From positions 10,871 to 74,870 of the forward strand of contig JAFUTJ010000018.1 in assembly GCA_017471445.1 (NCBI GenBank): a stretch of 64,000 nucleotides of DNA. Reading direction: 5' to 3'. Shown piece by piece: positions 56,301-64,000 of this stretch. The position numbers were made by a program, and so were the translations under genes. Source of the stretch: Alphaproteobacteria bacterium. GTDB lineage: Bacteria > Pseudomonadota > Alphaproteobacteria > Rs-D84. Under the pieces are notes generated by a model. That model did not search any database and was not told where the DNA came from. It saw only the letters and a program-made list of their open reading frames with translations. Positions within the stretch are counted from its first letter, which is position 1; each line of letters starts with the position of its first letter.

Positions 56301-59043
56301 TGTTTCACTGAATACATCACGCGGCGGCACATATTTTATTCAGGTTATTGATGCATCTAACCGCACATTGGCAAATATTGAATACTTTGTGGCCGATTCC
56401 GCCGACACCGCAATGCAATCGGCACAAAACGCAGAAATGAAATTAAAATTAAGCGCGCCCGAATACGCCCCCGGCACAGATGTTGTTTTCAGTATCACGG
56501 CCCCATACACCGGAACAGGCCTGATAACGATTGAACGCGACCGTGTTTATGCATACAAATGGTTTACCATGGATTCATCAACATCGGTTCAGCATATTAA
56601 ATTACCCGATGATTTTTCCGGCACAGGTTACATAAACGTGTCGTTTGTGCGCAACATAAACAGCCCCGACATATTCACCACGCCATACGCGTATGCGGTT
56701 GCACCATTTCGCGCCGATACATCAAAACGTAAAATCGGCGTAAAATTAACCGCACCGGATGTTGTGCGCAACAACGCACTGCGCGTGCAATATGAAACAA
56801 CCCAAGACGCAAAAATAATGATATTCGCCATAAATGCCGGGATATTACAGGTTGCACGTCACGCCACACCCGACCCTTTTGCATACTTTTTCCGCAAATC
56901 CGCGTTACAGGTTGACACATATCAGATTTTGTCACTGTTATTGCCAGAATTTGGTGTTTTCGGTGAATTTGCCAAAACCGGTGGTGGCGATTGGTTTGAT
57001 AACGGCGGCGAATTACGCGCACCATTAACCAACCCATTTGGTCGTAAAACAAACCAGCCGGTCGCATTTTATTCTGAAATAATGGAAACACATGCAAATG
57101 TTCCGGGCGAAATTGAATTTCAGATTCCGGAATACTTTAACGGTGCGGTACGCATATTTGCCGTTGCGGCAAACGATTCCGCAATTGGTTCGACCGGCAC
57201 CGAAACACGTGTACAAAGCCCGGTTATAATTTCAACCACCGCGCCATCGGTTGTTGCACCCGGTGACACGTTTGACATAAACGCCGTTATTTCCAACATG
57301 ACAATGGCCAGTGGCCCCGACGCAACGGCCGATATAACCGCAACAGTGTCTGAAAATTTGGCCATAAATGGCGAAGCACACACAACAATGCATGTGCCTG
57401 AAAATACCGAACAATTGTGGAAATTCGGCGTTACCGCAGGTGAAATCTTGGGTAATGCGCAAATTGCCATAAATACGGTTATAATGGACGCAAACGGCAC
57501 ACCGCGTTCACAGCGAACAATTCCCGGCGATATAACAATTCGCCCAATTTCACCAATTGATGGCGACATACGATTTGGTACAATTGAATCAAAAACACAT
57601 TCGATAAAAAAATTCCGTATGGATATGTACCCAGAATTTGCCACACGTAAAATATATCTGTCACGTGGCGCAAACGCGTTAATGAACCCAATTGCACAAT
57701 ACTTGGCACAATATGACCACCCATGCACAGAACAAATTACATCACGCGGATTGGCACAAATTGCGGTGCCCGACGTGTTTAAAGACAACATTTCTGACAC
57801 AATTGCCGAATTAAAGAATCGCCAAAACGACGATGGTTCATTTGACCTGTATTCCGGCGGGGCGACGGGCCATAACAACGAAACCGATTCAGACGCGGCA
57901 ATGTTGACCGCATACGTTGCAAACTTTTTAATGATTGCGAATGCGCATGGGGCAACCGTACCACGGGCAATGGTGTCACGCGCGATGGATTTTCTGCGCA
58001 CGTTTGCGGGTGCCACGATAACCGATGCCGCACATGCGCATGCCGCCGCACTAGCAATATATATCGCAACGGCAAATGGGTACATCACCACCGGGTATAT
58101 TGACGCATGGGAAGAATATGCCAACAAAAACATAAAAAATTGGCAATCGGGTATAATGGGCGCATATATCGCCGCGTCATATAAAATATTAAAACAAAAT
58201 CAAAAGGCCGATGATTTAATCGCCAAATATCGCAAAAACGGCAACCGATTCATATATACCGGCGAATTTGATAACAGTGTTGCCAACGACGCAATGTATG
58301 AATATCTGATGGCAACGCATTTTGACACGGCGGCGGATTATAATAACGCGGCAATAAAATCATATATTGATTCCGGGAATTACACATCATTTACGTCTGG
58401 CATGGTTATAATGGCATTAATGGGTGCGCCCCAGGTCGATGATATGCCACAAATTACCATTACCACAGATAATGGTACACAAATCCCAACACCGCCAGCC
58501 GCGAACGGGGCAATTGTTGCAGATGTGCCTGATGACGCAACACGAATAAATATAAAATGTGATACATGTGACAGGGGAAATCCGGTGTTTTACACACTGT
58601 GGCAATCGGGAATACCGAAAAATGTAATGGCAAAATCAAACGGTTTGGACATAACGCGCGAATATTTTGACGACGCTGGCAATCGCATAACATCCGGACA
58701 TGTTGGTGACACAATAACGGTAAAAATAACCATTCGTGCACGTGGACGCACCGACAATGTACCAAATGTCGCGATTGTCGATTTGGTACCTGGTGGATTT
58801 ATTTCGGGCAACATATCGGGCGAATTTGATTTCGCCGAATCACGCAGTGACCGCGTTGTTATATACACAACCGCACAGCGTACCGCACGCACGATAACAT
58901 ATACCGCGCAATTGGGAACCGCCGGTATTTTCCAGATTCCCGCCATACGCGCCAACGCAATGAATAACCCACAAATTTATGCCGTTGGTCACACGGGCGG
59001 CACATTCACGGTTCTGAATGCAACAAATGAACAAGATATTTAA
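53362..59043 (+). CDS. alpha-2-macroglobulin family lipoprotein (YfhM-like)
   Basis: Lipobox IVTAC. About 1890 aa. Thioester motif CTEQ at 57724-57735. Followed by pbpC. Start trimmed to ATG 53362. Confidence 0.85.
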   Translation: MKKFWKFIVIGICIIVTACVFMLRNNHNADISVFDLDVGTPNIERFDDDASAFIGNDGLPDINNNRKILGNGELVINYQWVAGPYAGALRDNLSDSDIANGVKISPFIPGKWNRVGPNTLIFSPTTPWPANQKFRVSVSPRMTNRDMRIKSHHKSFTTEQIIAKIDGFNIYPAPNTPGHVVAVGIISTNWPIANTPIDDRITIRHNGKSIDFTTKMDRFRKTIIITSSPIAVTDVAQRVRITVRPLNAANGDAHTKKLSANATIESTDNFFKVSKIDATVADDARGDAHQIILLNLTAAAQNGTKWSDIINAYLLPEFADDSDTDTPHEWKTDEVTSQVIKKSAPIKLMPMNIATPNGVHQYAFSFDAPIRNSRQMFVSVNPGARSSGGFTMKNAISRVMDIPYPPRSVNITGRGALLAMGGNREITITARGGVDMAYVNLYKVAASEINHLISQTYNVFAQNLDFRDWSFGAYDMATVYQKKVPFADTSMTRTNYASVNLGDYLDRDARDKTGIFIVSVAPDANAAEYADKRLILMTNLGLIRKQNLDGTTALFVSNLSIGGGADDVEVSVLGRNGRAIWAGRTDSNGHVDIPKLDADEYRNEKEPVAIVARSGDDVSFIPYDSYSTHVEYSRFDIDGTYDTNTNPISAYVFSDRGIYRPGESAVIGAIVKNRSFTPMDGIPVKITVTDSRNRDVYENIMSLTSDGMIDAKYNIPDTATIGEYMVRVYSLNNKNREQDILGTTTIRVEEFVPDTMKISATITGAGTDSWIESQNINATVAMRNLFGTPATNRRISARAVLRPIDFTFPQYADYTFTTNYIGGTGLAENTITRTQTLTTNPADTTTDEFGNAILPIVFDGVPVDGTYMLTLNINGFVDESGKSVQTTITSRVSDYKYLIGWKSNSGLSYINRDDARNIHFIALDANANITNVSDLTVRMIRRENLTSLIKDSNGYYKYNTVTRDNVIAERPFAIGDAGARVSLNTSRGGTYFIQVIDASNRTLANIEYFVADSADTAMQSAQNAEMKLKLSAPEYAPGTDVVFSITAPYTGTGLITIERDRVYAYKWFTMDSSTSVQHIKLPDDFSGTGYINVSFVRNINSPDIFTTPYAYAVAPFRADTSKRKIGVKLTAPDVVRNNALRVQYETTQDAKIMIFAINAGILQVARHATPDPFAYFFRKSALQVDTYQILSLLLPEFGVFGEFAKTGGGDWFDNGGELRAPLTNPFGRKTNQPVAFYSEIMETHANVPGEIEFQIPEYFNGAVRIFAVAANDSAIGSTGTETRVQSPVIISTTAPSVVAPGDTFDINAVISNMTMASGPDATADITATVSENLAINGEAHTTMHVPENTEQLWKFGVTAGEILGNAQIAINTVIMDANGTPRSQRTIPGDITIRPISPIDGDIRFGTIESKTHSIKKFRMDMYPEFATRKIYLSRGANALMNPIAQYLAQYDHPCTEQITSRGLAQIAVPDVFKDNISDTIAELKNRQNDDGSFDLYSGGATGHNNETDSDAAMLTAYVANFLMIANAHGATVPRAMVSRAMDFLRTFAGATITDAAHAHAAALAIYIATANGYITTGYIDAWEEYANKNIKNWQSGIMGAYIAASYKILKQNQKADDLIAKYRKNGNRFIYTGEFDNSVANDAMYEYLMATHFDTAADYNNAAIKSYIDSGNYTSFTSGMVIMALMGAPQVDDMPQITITTDNGTQIPTPPAANGAIVADVPDDATRINIKCDTCDRGNPVFYTLWQSGIPKNVMAKSNGLDITREYFDDAGNRITSGHVGDTITVKITIRARGRTDNVPNVAIVDLVPGGFISGNISGEFDFAESRSDRVVIYTTAQRTARTITYTAQLGTAGIFQIPAIRANAMNNPQIYAVGHTGGTFTVLNATNEQDI

Positions 59044-61417
59044 TTACTTTCGCATAATGCCGCGCCATCGGCGCATTTTATATGCATGTATTTGCGTATG
59101 TGTTGTGATTTATGTGATATTGCGTCTTTTCATTGTACCACCATTGCTGGGCGATGTACATTTTTCCCGCGCATATTATGACCGCAATGGCACACTGATG
59201 CGATTAACATTAAGTGCGGATGAAAAATACCGAACCTTTACGCCATTAAACGAAATCAGTCCAACATTACGCCGCGCAACCATTTTATACGAAGACAAAT
59301 ATTTCTATTATCATTTTGGCATAAATCCAATTGCAATAATACGGGCAACCATGGCATACATGCGTGGCCAACCACACCCAGCGGGCGCATCCACAATTAC
59401 AATGCAGGTTGCACGCATAAAATATAACCTGAACACTAAAACGATTGGCGGAAAATTAAAACAGATTGCAATCGCAATATACATTGACGCATTTTATTCT
59501 AAATCAGAAATTTTAACCGCATACCTGAACCTGGCACCATATGGCGGAAATATCGAAGGGATTGGTGCTGCGGCACTGGTATACTTTCATAAACCCGCCG
59601 CCGATTTATCAATGATTCAGGCAATAACACTGGCCACCATTCCGCAAAACCCAACCAAACGCGGTTTAAACACGGAATCGGGCCTAAAATACATAACGCG
59701 CATGCGTTCAGATTTGGTGCGCCGTTGGATTGCCGCAAACCCAGCCGACAAAAACATTGAAACATTTGCAAATATGGAACTGGCACGGTTTGGGGTTGGC
59801 GACCTGCCCTTTATGGCACCGCACTTTATAAATCGTGAATTGTCACGCACAAATTATTGGGCCACACGCGGCGAAAATCAATCGCATGTGCAAACAACAT
59901 TGAATATGGAATTACAGAATAAATTAACGCATCGCATACGCACAGAAATCGCGCGCCGACGTGAATCCGGCATAAAAAACGCCGCGGCAATATTGGTAAA
60001 CTATAAAACACGCGAAATAATATCTTATATTGGTTCGGCAGAGTATTTTAACCCAGAAATATTCGGCGAAAATGACGGTGTAAACGCCCGGCGCAGCCCT
60101 GGTTCAACATTGAAACCACTGATATACGCATACGCTGCAGATTTGGGATTAATACACGGCATGACACTGATGCGGGACGCACGGGTAAATTTTGGCGTGT
60201 ATGCACCCGAAAATTCTGATAATGAATTTTATGGCCCAGTATTGGCCCGCGACGCATTAACACATTCGCGTAATATTCCGGCAATAAATCTGGTGCGGCA
60301 AATTGGTGTGGCAAATTTTCATAAATTATTGACTGATTGCGGGGTCGCAAACCTTATGCCGCCGGAACATTATGGAATATCAATCGCACTGGGTGGTGCC
60401 GACATTTCGATGCGCGACATCGCAACAATTTATACAACAATGGCAAACCTGGGGGAATATGGCGAATTGCAAACACGCATACCACACCACGAAATAAAGA
60501 CCACGCATCTTTTATCGCCCGAGGCATTTTTTATCACCCTGGACATGTTGGGACACGCCGCCGCACCAACAAAAAACATAATGTTTTCTGCAAACAATCC
60601 CCCCCCAATAAAACATTACTGGAAAACCGGCACATCGTCATCATACCGCGACGCATGGACCGCGGGCATATTCGGCGACTTTGTATTGGTTGTGTGGGTT
60701 GGGAACTTTGATGGCCGCCCAAACAATGCATTCAGTGGTGCCCGCACCGCCGCGCCAATATACTTTGCATTAGCCGATACTGTTGCCGAATATATGGCAT
60801 CGCAGGGTACGCCTGTTCATGATAATAATTTCCTGCGCGATAACATGAATATTGCAACGGTACAAATGTGCGATGGCGTGGGCGGCATCGCCGGGCCATA
60901 TTGCCCACACGTTGTTGATGCATACTTTATACCCGGTAAATCGCCAATTGACACATCGCCCATTTACCGCGCGGTAAAAACCGACCGCGAAACAGGCCGC
61001 CGTGCGTGCGGTAACGACACATCGCGCCCAACCGATATGCGCGTATATGAATTTTGGGACGCAGAATTTCTGGACATGTTCCGCCGCGCCGGAATACGCC
61101 GCAACACGCCACCACCATTTATGCCGGGATGTGATTTGAATACAATCGCAATGAACGCAAATCCACCGGTAATAATTTCACCACGCGCCGATACAAAAAC
61201 CGTAATACTGGGTGAAAACGATACGGCACAAATATCATTCCGGGCCGTTACCGAATCCCCATATGCAACAATATTCTGGTTTATGGACAATGAAATAATC
61301 GGCGAAACAAAATCCGGTACGGAAATTACGCGCGATGTCAAAATGGGTCCACACACCATCCGCGCCGTTGATACAAATGGCACCGCCACAACCGTGGATT
61401 TTAGTATTGTGCGATAA
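59018..61417 (+). CDS. pbpC: penicillin-binding protein 1C
   Basis: EDKYFYYHFGINP and GASTITMQ (GT51). STLKP and KTGTS. C-terminal Ig-like domain. The ORF overlaps the A2M 3' end by 26 nt; alternative starts are 59027 and 59057. Confidence 0.85.
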   Translation: MQQMNKIFNYFRIMPRHRRILYACICVCVVIYVILRLFIVPPLLGDVHFSRAYYDRNGTLMRLTLSADEKYRTFTPLNEISPTLRRATILYEDKYFYYHFGINPIAIIRATMAYMRGQPHPAGASTITMQVARIKYNLNTKTIGGKLKQIAIAIYIDAFYSKSEILTAYLNLAPYGGNIEGIGAAALVYFHKPAADLSMIQAITLATIPQNPTKRGLNTESGLKYITRMRSDLVRRWIAANPADKNIETFANMELARFGVGDLPFMAPHFINRELSRTNYWATRGENQSHVQTTLNMELQNKLTHRIRTEIARRRESGIKNAAAILVNYKTREIISYIGSAEYFNPEIFGENDGVNARRSPGSTLKPLIYAYAADLGLIHGMTLMRDARVNFGVYAPENSDNEFYGPVLARDALTHSRNIPAINLVRQIGVANFHKLLTDCGVANLMPPEHYGISIALGGADISMRDIATIYTTMANLGEYGELQTRIPHHEIKTTHLLSPEAFFITLDMLGHAAAPTKNIMFSANNPPPIKHYWKTGTSSSYRDAWTAGIFGDFVLVVWVGNFDGRPNNAFSGARTAAPIYFALADTVAEYMASQGTPVHDNNFLRDNMNIATVQMCDGVGGIAGPYCPHVVDAYFIPGKSPIDTSPIYRAVKTDRETGRRACGNDTSRPTDMRVYEFWDAEFLDMFRRAGIRRNTPPPFMPGCDLNTIAMNANPPVIISPRADTKTVILGENDTAQISFRAVTESPYATIFWFMDNEIIGETKSGTEITRDVKMGPHTIRAVDTNGTATTVDFSIVR

Positions 61418-61468
61418 ATATCGCAATACCGCCCCCCCCAATGCACATTCCATCATATCATCATATTT

Positions 61469-61499
61469 GTTGTTGGAAAAATTCCAACAACCGATTTTA
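61469..61499 (+). terminator. terminator after pbpC
   Basis: 10-bp hairpin GTTGTTGGAA-AAA-TTCCAACAAC, then CGATTTTAT. Confidence 0.6.
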
Positions 61500-61715
61500 T
61501 CGGTTGTTGATGACAATTTTTACATAAAACGTCCATCATATAATGATGTATTTATAAATATCACATAAAAGCGCAACATCATAATTAATGTGCATGCAAT
61601 TTTAATAACTAACGATTGCAGTATTGTGCACTATTTTTGTAACAGATATGCTTTAACCAATTCGCATTGAAATGGTAATAAATAATCATAATTTATGGTA
61701 TGTAATAATCTATTG

Positions 61716-61743
61716 TAAAAAAGTGCGCACCGTATGGTGCGCA
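61716..61743 (-). terminator. terminator after the small ORF
   Basis: UGCGCACC-AUAC-GGUGCGCA followed by CU6 on the minus strand. Confidence 0.7.
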
Positions 61744-61773
61744 AAACGGAACATTCAACAAATATAAATTTAT

Positions 61774-61950
61774 CTATTTTTCATTTTGGCCTGGAACGAT
61801 ACCATTGGCATCACCAAATGTTATTCCACGCGCCTGGAACGCGGCAACCAAATTCACAACCGCATCCGCCCCCCGCCGATAACCTGCGCCGCGTGCTTGG
61901 CGACGTATCTCTTGGGCGGCGACCCCATATTTATCAACTGTATCTGTCAT
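61774..61950 (-). CDS. small hypothetical protein (58 aa)
   Basis: AAGAGG lies 8 nt before ATG 61950, and a clean terminator lies 30 nt after the stop. Noticeably more GC-rich than its AT-rich surroundings. Confidence 0.45.
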   Translation of the reverse strand: MTDTVDKYGVAAQEIRRQARGAGYRRGADAVVNLVAAFQARGITFGDANGIVPGQNEK

Positions 61951-62057
61951 TTTCAATGCCTCTTAAAAACATCTCTCCTGACGGGGTCATTTTATACCAA
62001 CATATATTTTTTGTCAAGCATTAAAACACCCCACCCCCAACAATACCAGAACCGTAT

Positions 62058-63671
62058 TTATCGCATAGATACACCGGAATATTCTTGTATTTCCATTGTA
62101 ACCGGACGCGGTTCATCTATTGACGTATATTGCGTTTCCTTTACCACACGCACACGACGGTTTTCTGCATTTGGTGTACCATCTGGTGTTTGTATCTTCA
62201 AATCTTCTTCACCACTGGAAACGGCGACAATCTGACTGGCTGGGATGCCATACCCAATCAGCATTTTACGCACCGCTTCGGCACGACGGCCACCCAATGC
62301 ATAGTTATACGCATTACTGCCGGCGGTATCTGTATGTCCAACAACAGACACTTTAATGTTTTTATTTGATTGTGTGGCTGCGGCCAATTGATGTATCAAA
62401 TCTTGATATTCCGGTTTAATATTTGATTTGTCAAAATCAAATCGAACCTCAAAAATTTCTTCCATGACATGCTGTTTGGGTTCCAACGGAATCTGCTGAA
62501 CCTTTATCATTGTTTTTTCACCAGCAGTCGCCTGAATATCATCCAACCGTTTATTTATTGCCGCCAATTCCGCACGCATCGCCATCATCATGTCAACAAA
62601 TTCGGCACGTGTTACCAAGTCATCGCGAACCGGTGCAACGGGTTGCGGTTCTGAAACATGTTCTTCCACAACAACGATTGGCGCAGGCTGTGGCTGGGGC
62701 TGGCCTTCGATAACGACAACAGACGGCTGTTGCGGACTTTGTGGTTGCTCCATTATAACGACCGGCGAAACGCATGTACCGGCATCATTACGTTTTTGAC
62801 AACTGCATTCACCGGCATTTTGCCGCGCCAACGGGCATTCGCGCACAGATGTCAAAGAATTTCCGTTGTTATTGTTACTGTTGCTGATTGACTTGTCACC
62901 GCCATATATATTCTGATTAAACACCAACGGTTGAACCGGTTCCGGGTTAATCAAGTGTTCGGGCACATTAACATTATTTACAATTATGACCCCTTCGCGG
63001 GTGCGGGTGGCATTGCCAATTGATGCCATGTTACGTGTTTCCGGATAATATTCTGATGCAACACGAACGTCAGACTTTTCAACCACCCGTGCCTTTGCCA
63101 CAGGCTTTACAATCTTGCCACCTGTGCAATCGCGCAGCGCGGTCATCGTTTTATAGTAACGGTTTCGGCATTCATCGGCCGTTGCATCTTGGCCAGATGC
63201 CGCCGCCGACAGCCAACAATCGTATTTCGCCTGGGCTTCGGCTGCCAATTCGGGGTTAGTATAGCTGGCATCGTTCTTTAATTGTTCCATCAAATCGCCA
63301 TACGCATCGGCCAGTTCGCGTCCCATTTCGCCATCAACCGGCCAATCCCCCAAACCCTCTGGAAATGGGGTTTCGCCAGAAAATGCGGCAACCGCTTTTT
63401 GCGCGAACAGTTCGCCCATCTCAGAATATCCACTGGTACGGGCATTATAAATTGCATACGAACGATAATTCATTGCCAATTGATTCAAGAAGGAATCGCG
63501 ATGCGGTGCCGAATACACATCCAGTGATTCAATATAATCCACCGTTGGTGTTGGCACATCGCCAGAATCGCGCGTATACACCGAATTGGCACACGCCGCC
63601 AACAATGCGACAACGCCACAACAAAACGCCCAATTGAACACAGAAACACAAAATCTTGATTTATTTTGCAT
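62058..63671 (-). CDS. OmpA-family lipoprotein with Pro/Gln-rich linker
   Basis: Lipobox LLAAC. C-terminal OmpA domain VVGHTDTAGSNAYNYALGGRRAEAV. Confidence 0.8.
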   Translation of the reverse strand: MQNKSRFCVSVFNWAFCCGVVALLAACANSVYTRDSGDVPTPTVDYIESLDVYSAPHRDSFLNQLAMNYRSYAIYNARTSGYSEMGELFAQKAVAAFSGETPFPEGLGDWPVDGEMGRELADAYGDLMEQLKNDASYTNPELAAEAQAKYDCWLSAAASGQDATADECRNRYYKTMTALRDCTGGKIVKPVAKARVVEKSDVRVASEYYPETRNMASIGNATRTREGVIIVNNVNVPEHLINPEPVQPLVFNQNIYGGDKSISNSNNNNGNSLTSVRECPLARQNAGECSCQKRNDAGTCVSPVVIMEQPQSPQQPSVVVIEGQPQPQPAPIVVVEEHVSEPQPVAPVRDDLVTRAEFVDMMMAMRAELAAINKRLDDIQATAGEKTMIKVQQIPLEPKQHVMEEIFEVRFDFDKSNIKPEYQDLIHQLAAATQSNKNIKVSVVGHTDTAGSNAYNYALGGRRAEAVRKMLIGYGIPASQIVAVSSGEEDLKIQTPDGTPNAENRRVRVVKETQYTSIDEPRPVTMEIQEYSGVSMR

Positions 63672-63766
63672 ATGAAAATCCTTACCTTTCTTGCCAACTA
63701 TTATACGTTTTTTTACAATATGAGTAAAGGGGAAAATAACGCAACAGCATGCGCCAAAACATCACG

Positions 63767-63994
63767 TTATTTGTCCAACAATTGGGTTGCAATACTGCCC
63801 AGCGACCCCAGCCCAGACAAAGCACCACCGCTGTTTAACATATTGCTGACTGTGTCCATAACTGTTGCGGAACTTGTCGGCTGGCCCACTGTGCCGATTG
63901 TATTAATCAAAAATTCGCCCCACATTGCGCGCTTGCGTGCGCTTAACTTTGCCGTTGAACAGTTTTCAATTTTTGATATTAATTTTGATGCCAT
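63767..63994 (-). CDS. hypothetical small protein; may extend past the right edge
   Basis: 75-codon ORF. The frame stays open to position 64000. No motif recognised. Confidence 0.3.
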   Translation of the reverse strand: MASKLISKIENCSTAKLSARKRAMWGEFLINTIGTVGQPTSSATVMDTVSNMLNSGGALSGLGSLGSIATQLLDK

Positions 63995-64000
63995 GCTCGC

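Noticed and set aside
57120-58133. 337-aa minus-strand ORF
   Set aside because: Lies inside and antisense to the A2M gene, whose frame carries the CTEQ thioester region. A shadow ORF.
1-64000. CRISPR arrays, reverse transcriptase, retron or DGR signatures, rRNA, tmRNA, RNase P or SRP RNA
   Set aside because: No regularly spaced repeats, no RT motif (YxDD) ORF, and none of the conserved RNA core strings were seen while reading. Absence by eye is not proof.

Overview
64-kb chromosomal window from a low-GC Gram-negative bacterium. Envelope genes present are lpxD-fabZ, BamE, TolC, OmpA-family and beta-barrel OMPs, PBP1A, and A2M-PBP1C. CarD/CdnL plus IHF give it an alphaproteobacterium-like look, and a 1166-aa pyruvate:ferredoxin oxidoreductase suggests an anaerobic or host-associated lifestyle; this taxonomy is inference only. 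Most of the window is core genome: a CDP-3,6-dideoxyhexose sugar operon (rfbF-rfbG-rfbH plus an SDR), a TetR-headed YbhGFSR-like ABC efflux operon ending in TolC, acpS, rpsF-rpsR-rplI, fabH, ihfA, carD, bamE, PFOR, ctpA, lysS, lpxD-fabZ, PBP1A, an MsbA-like ABC exporter, RNase J, tsf-rpsB, a subtilase autotransporter and four tRNAs (Pro-GGG, Arg-CCT, Gly-GCC, Val-TAC). The accessory part is a 3.2-kb island inserted in the 3' end of tRNA-Gly. It is bounded by 18-bp direct repeats and carries decayed integrase and resolvase remnants plus an intact PLD-type (NgoFVII/BfiI-like) restriction-modification pair. A further AT-rich block follows it (guaC, a 393-aa orphan, a GT2). The signal I consider most novel is a pair of homologous 245-285-nt leaders, at 14331-14608 and 40095-40415 on the minus strand. 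Each has its own promoter and a four-segment terminator/antiterminator switch, and each precedes an unrelated secreted-protein gene. I could not assign them to any riboswitch class by eye. Other oddities: a RelA/SpoT-like orphan after lysS, a Fic protein with a degenerate motif, a Ser-His-Asn ClpP paralog, a solitary serine recombinase next to the A2M gene, a MITE-like three-helix element, tandem orphan paralogs, and promoters placed so that mRNAs would be leaderless. No CRISPR array, reverse transcriptase or rRNA was seen. All calls come from reading the sequence and ORF track; no database search was possible.
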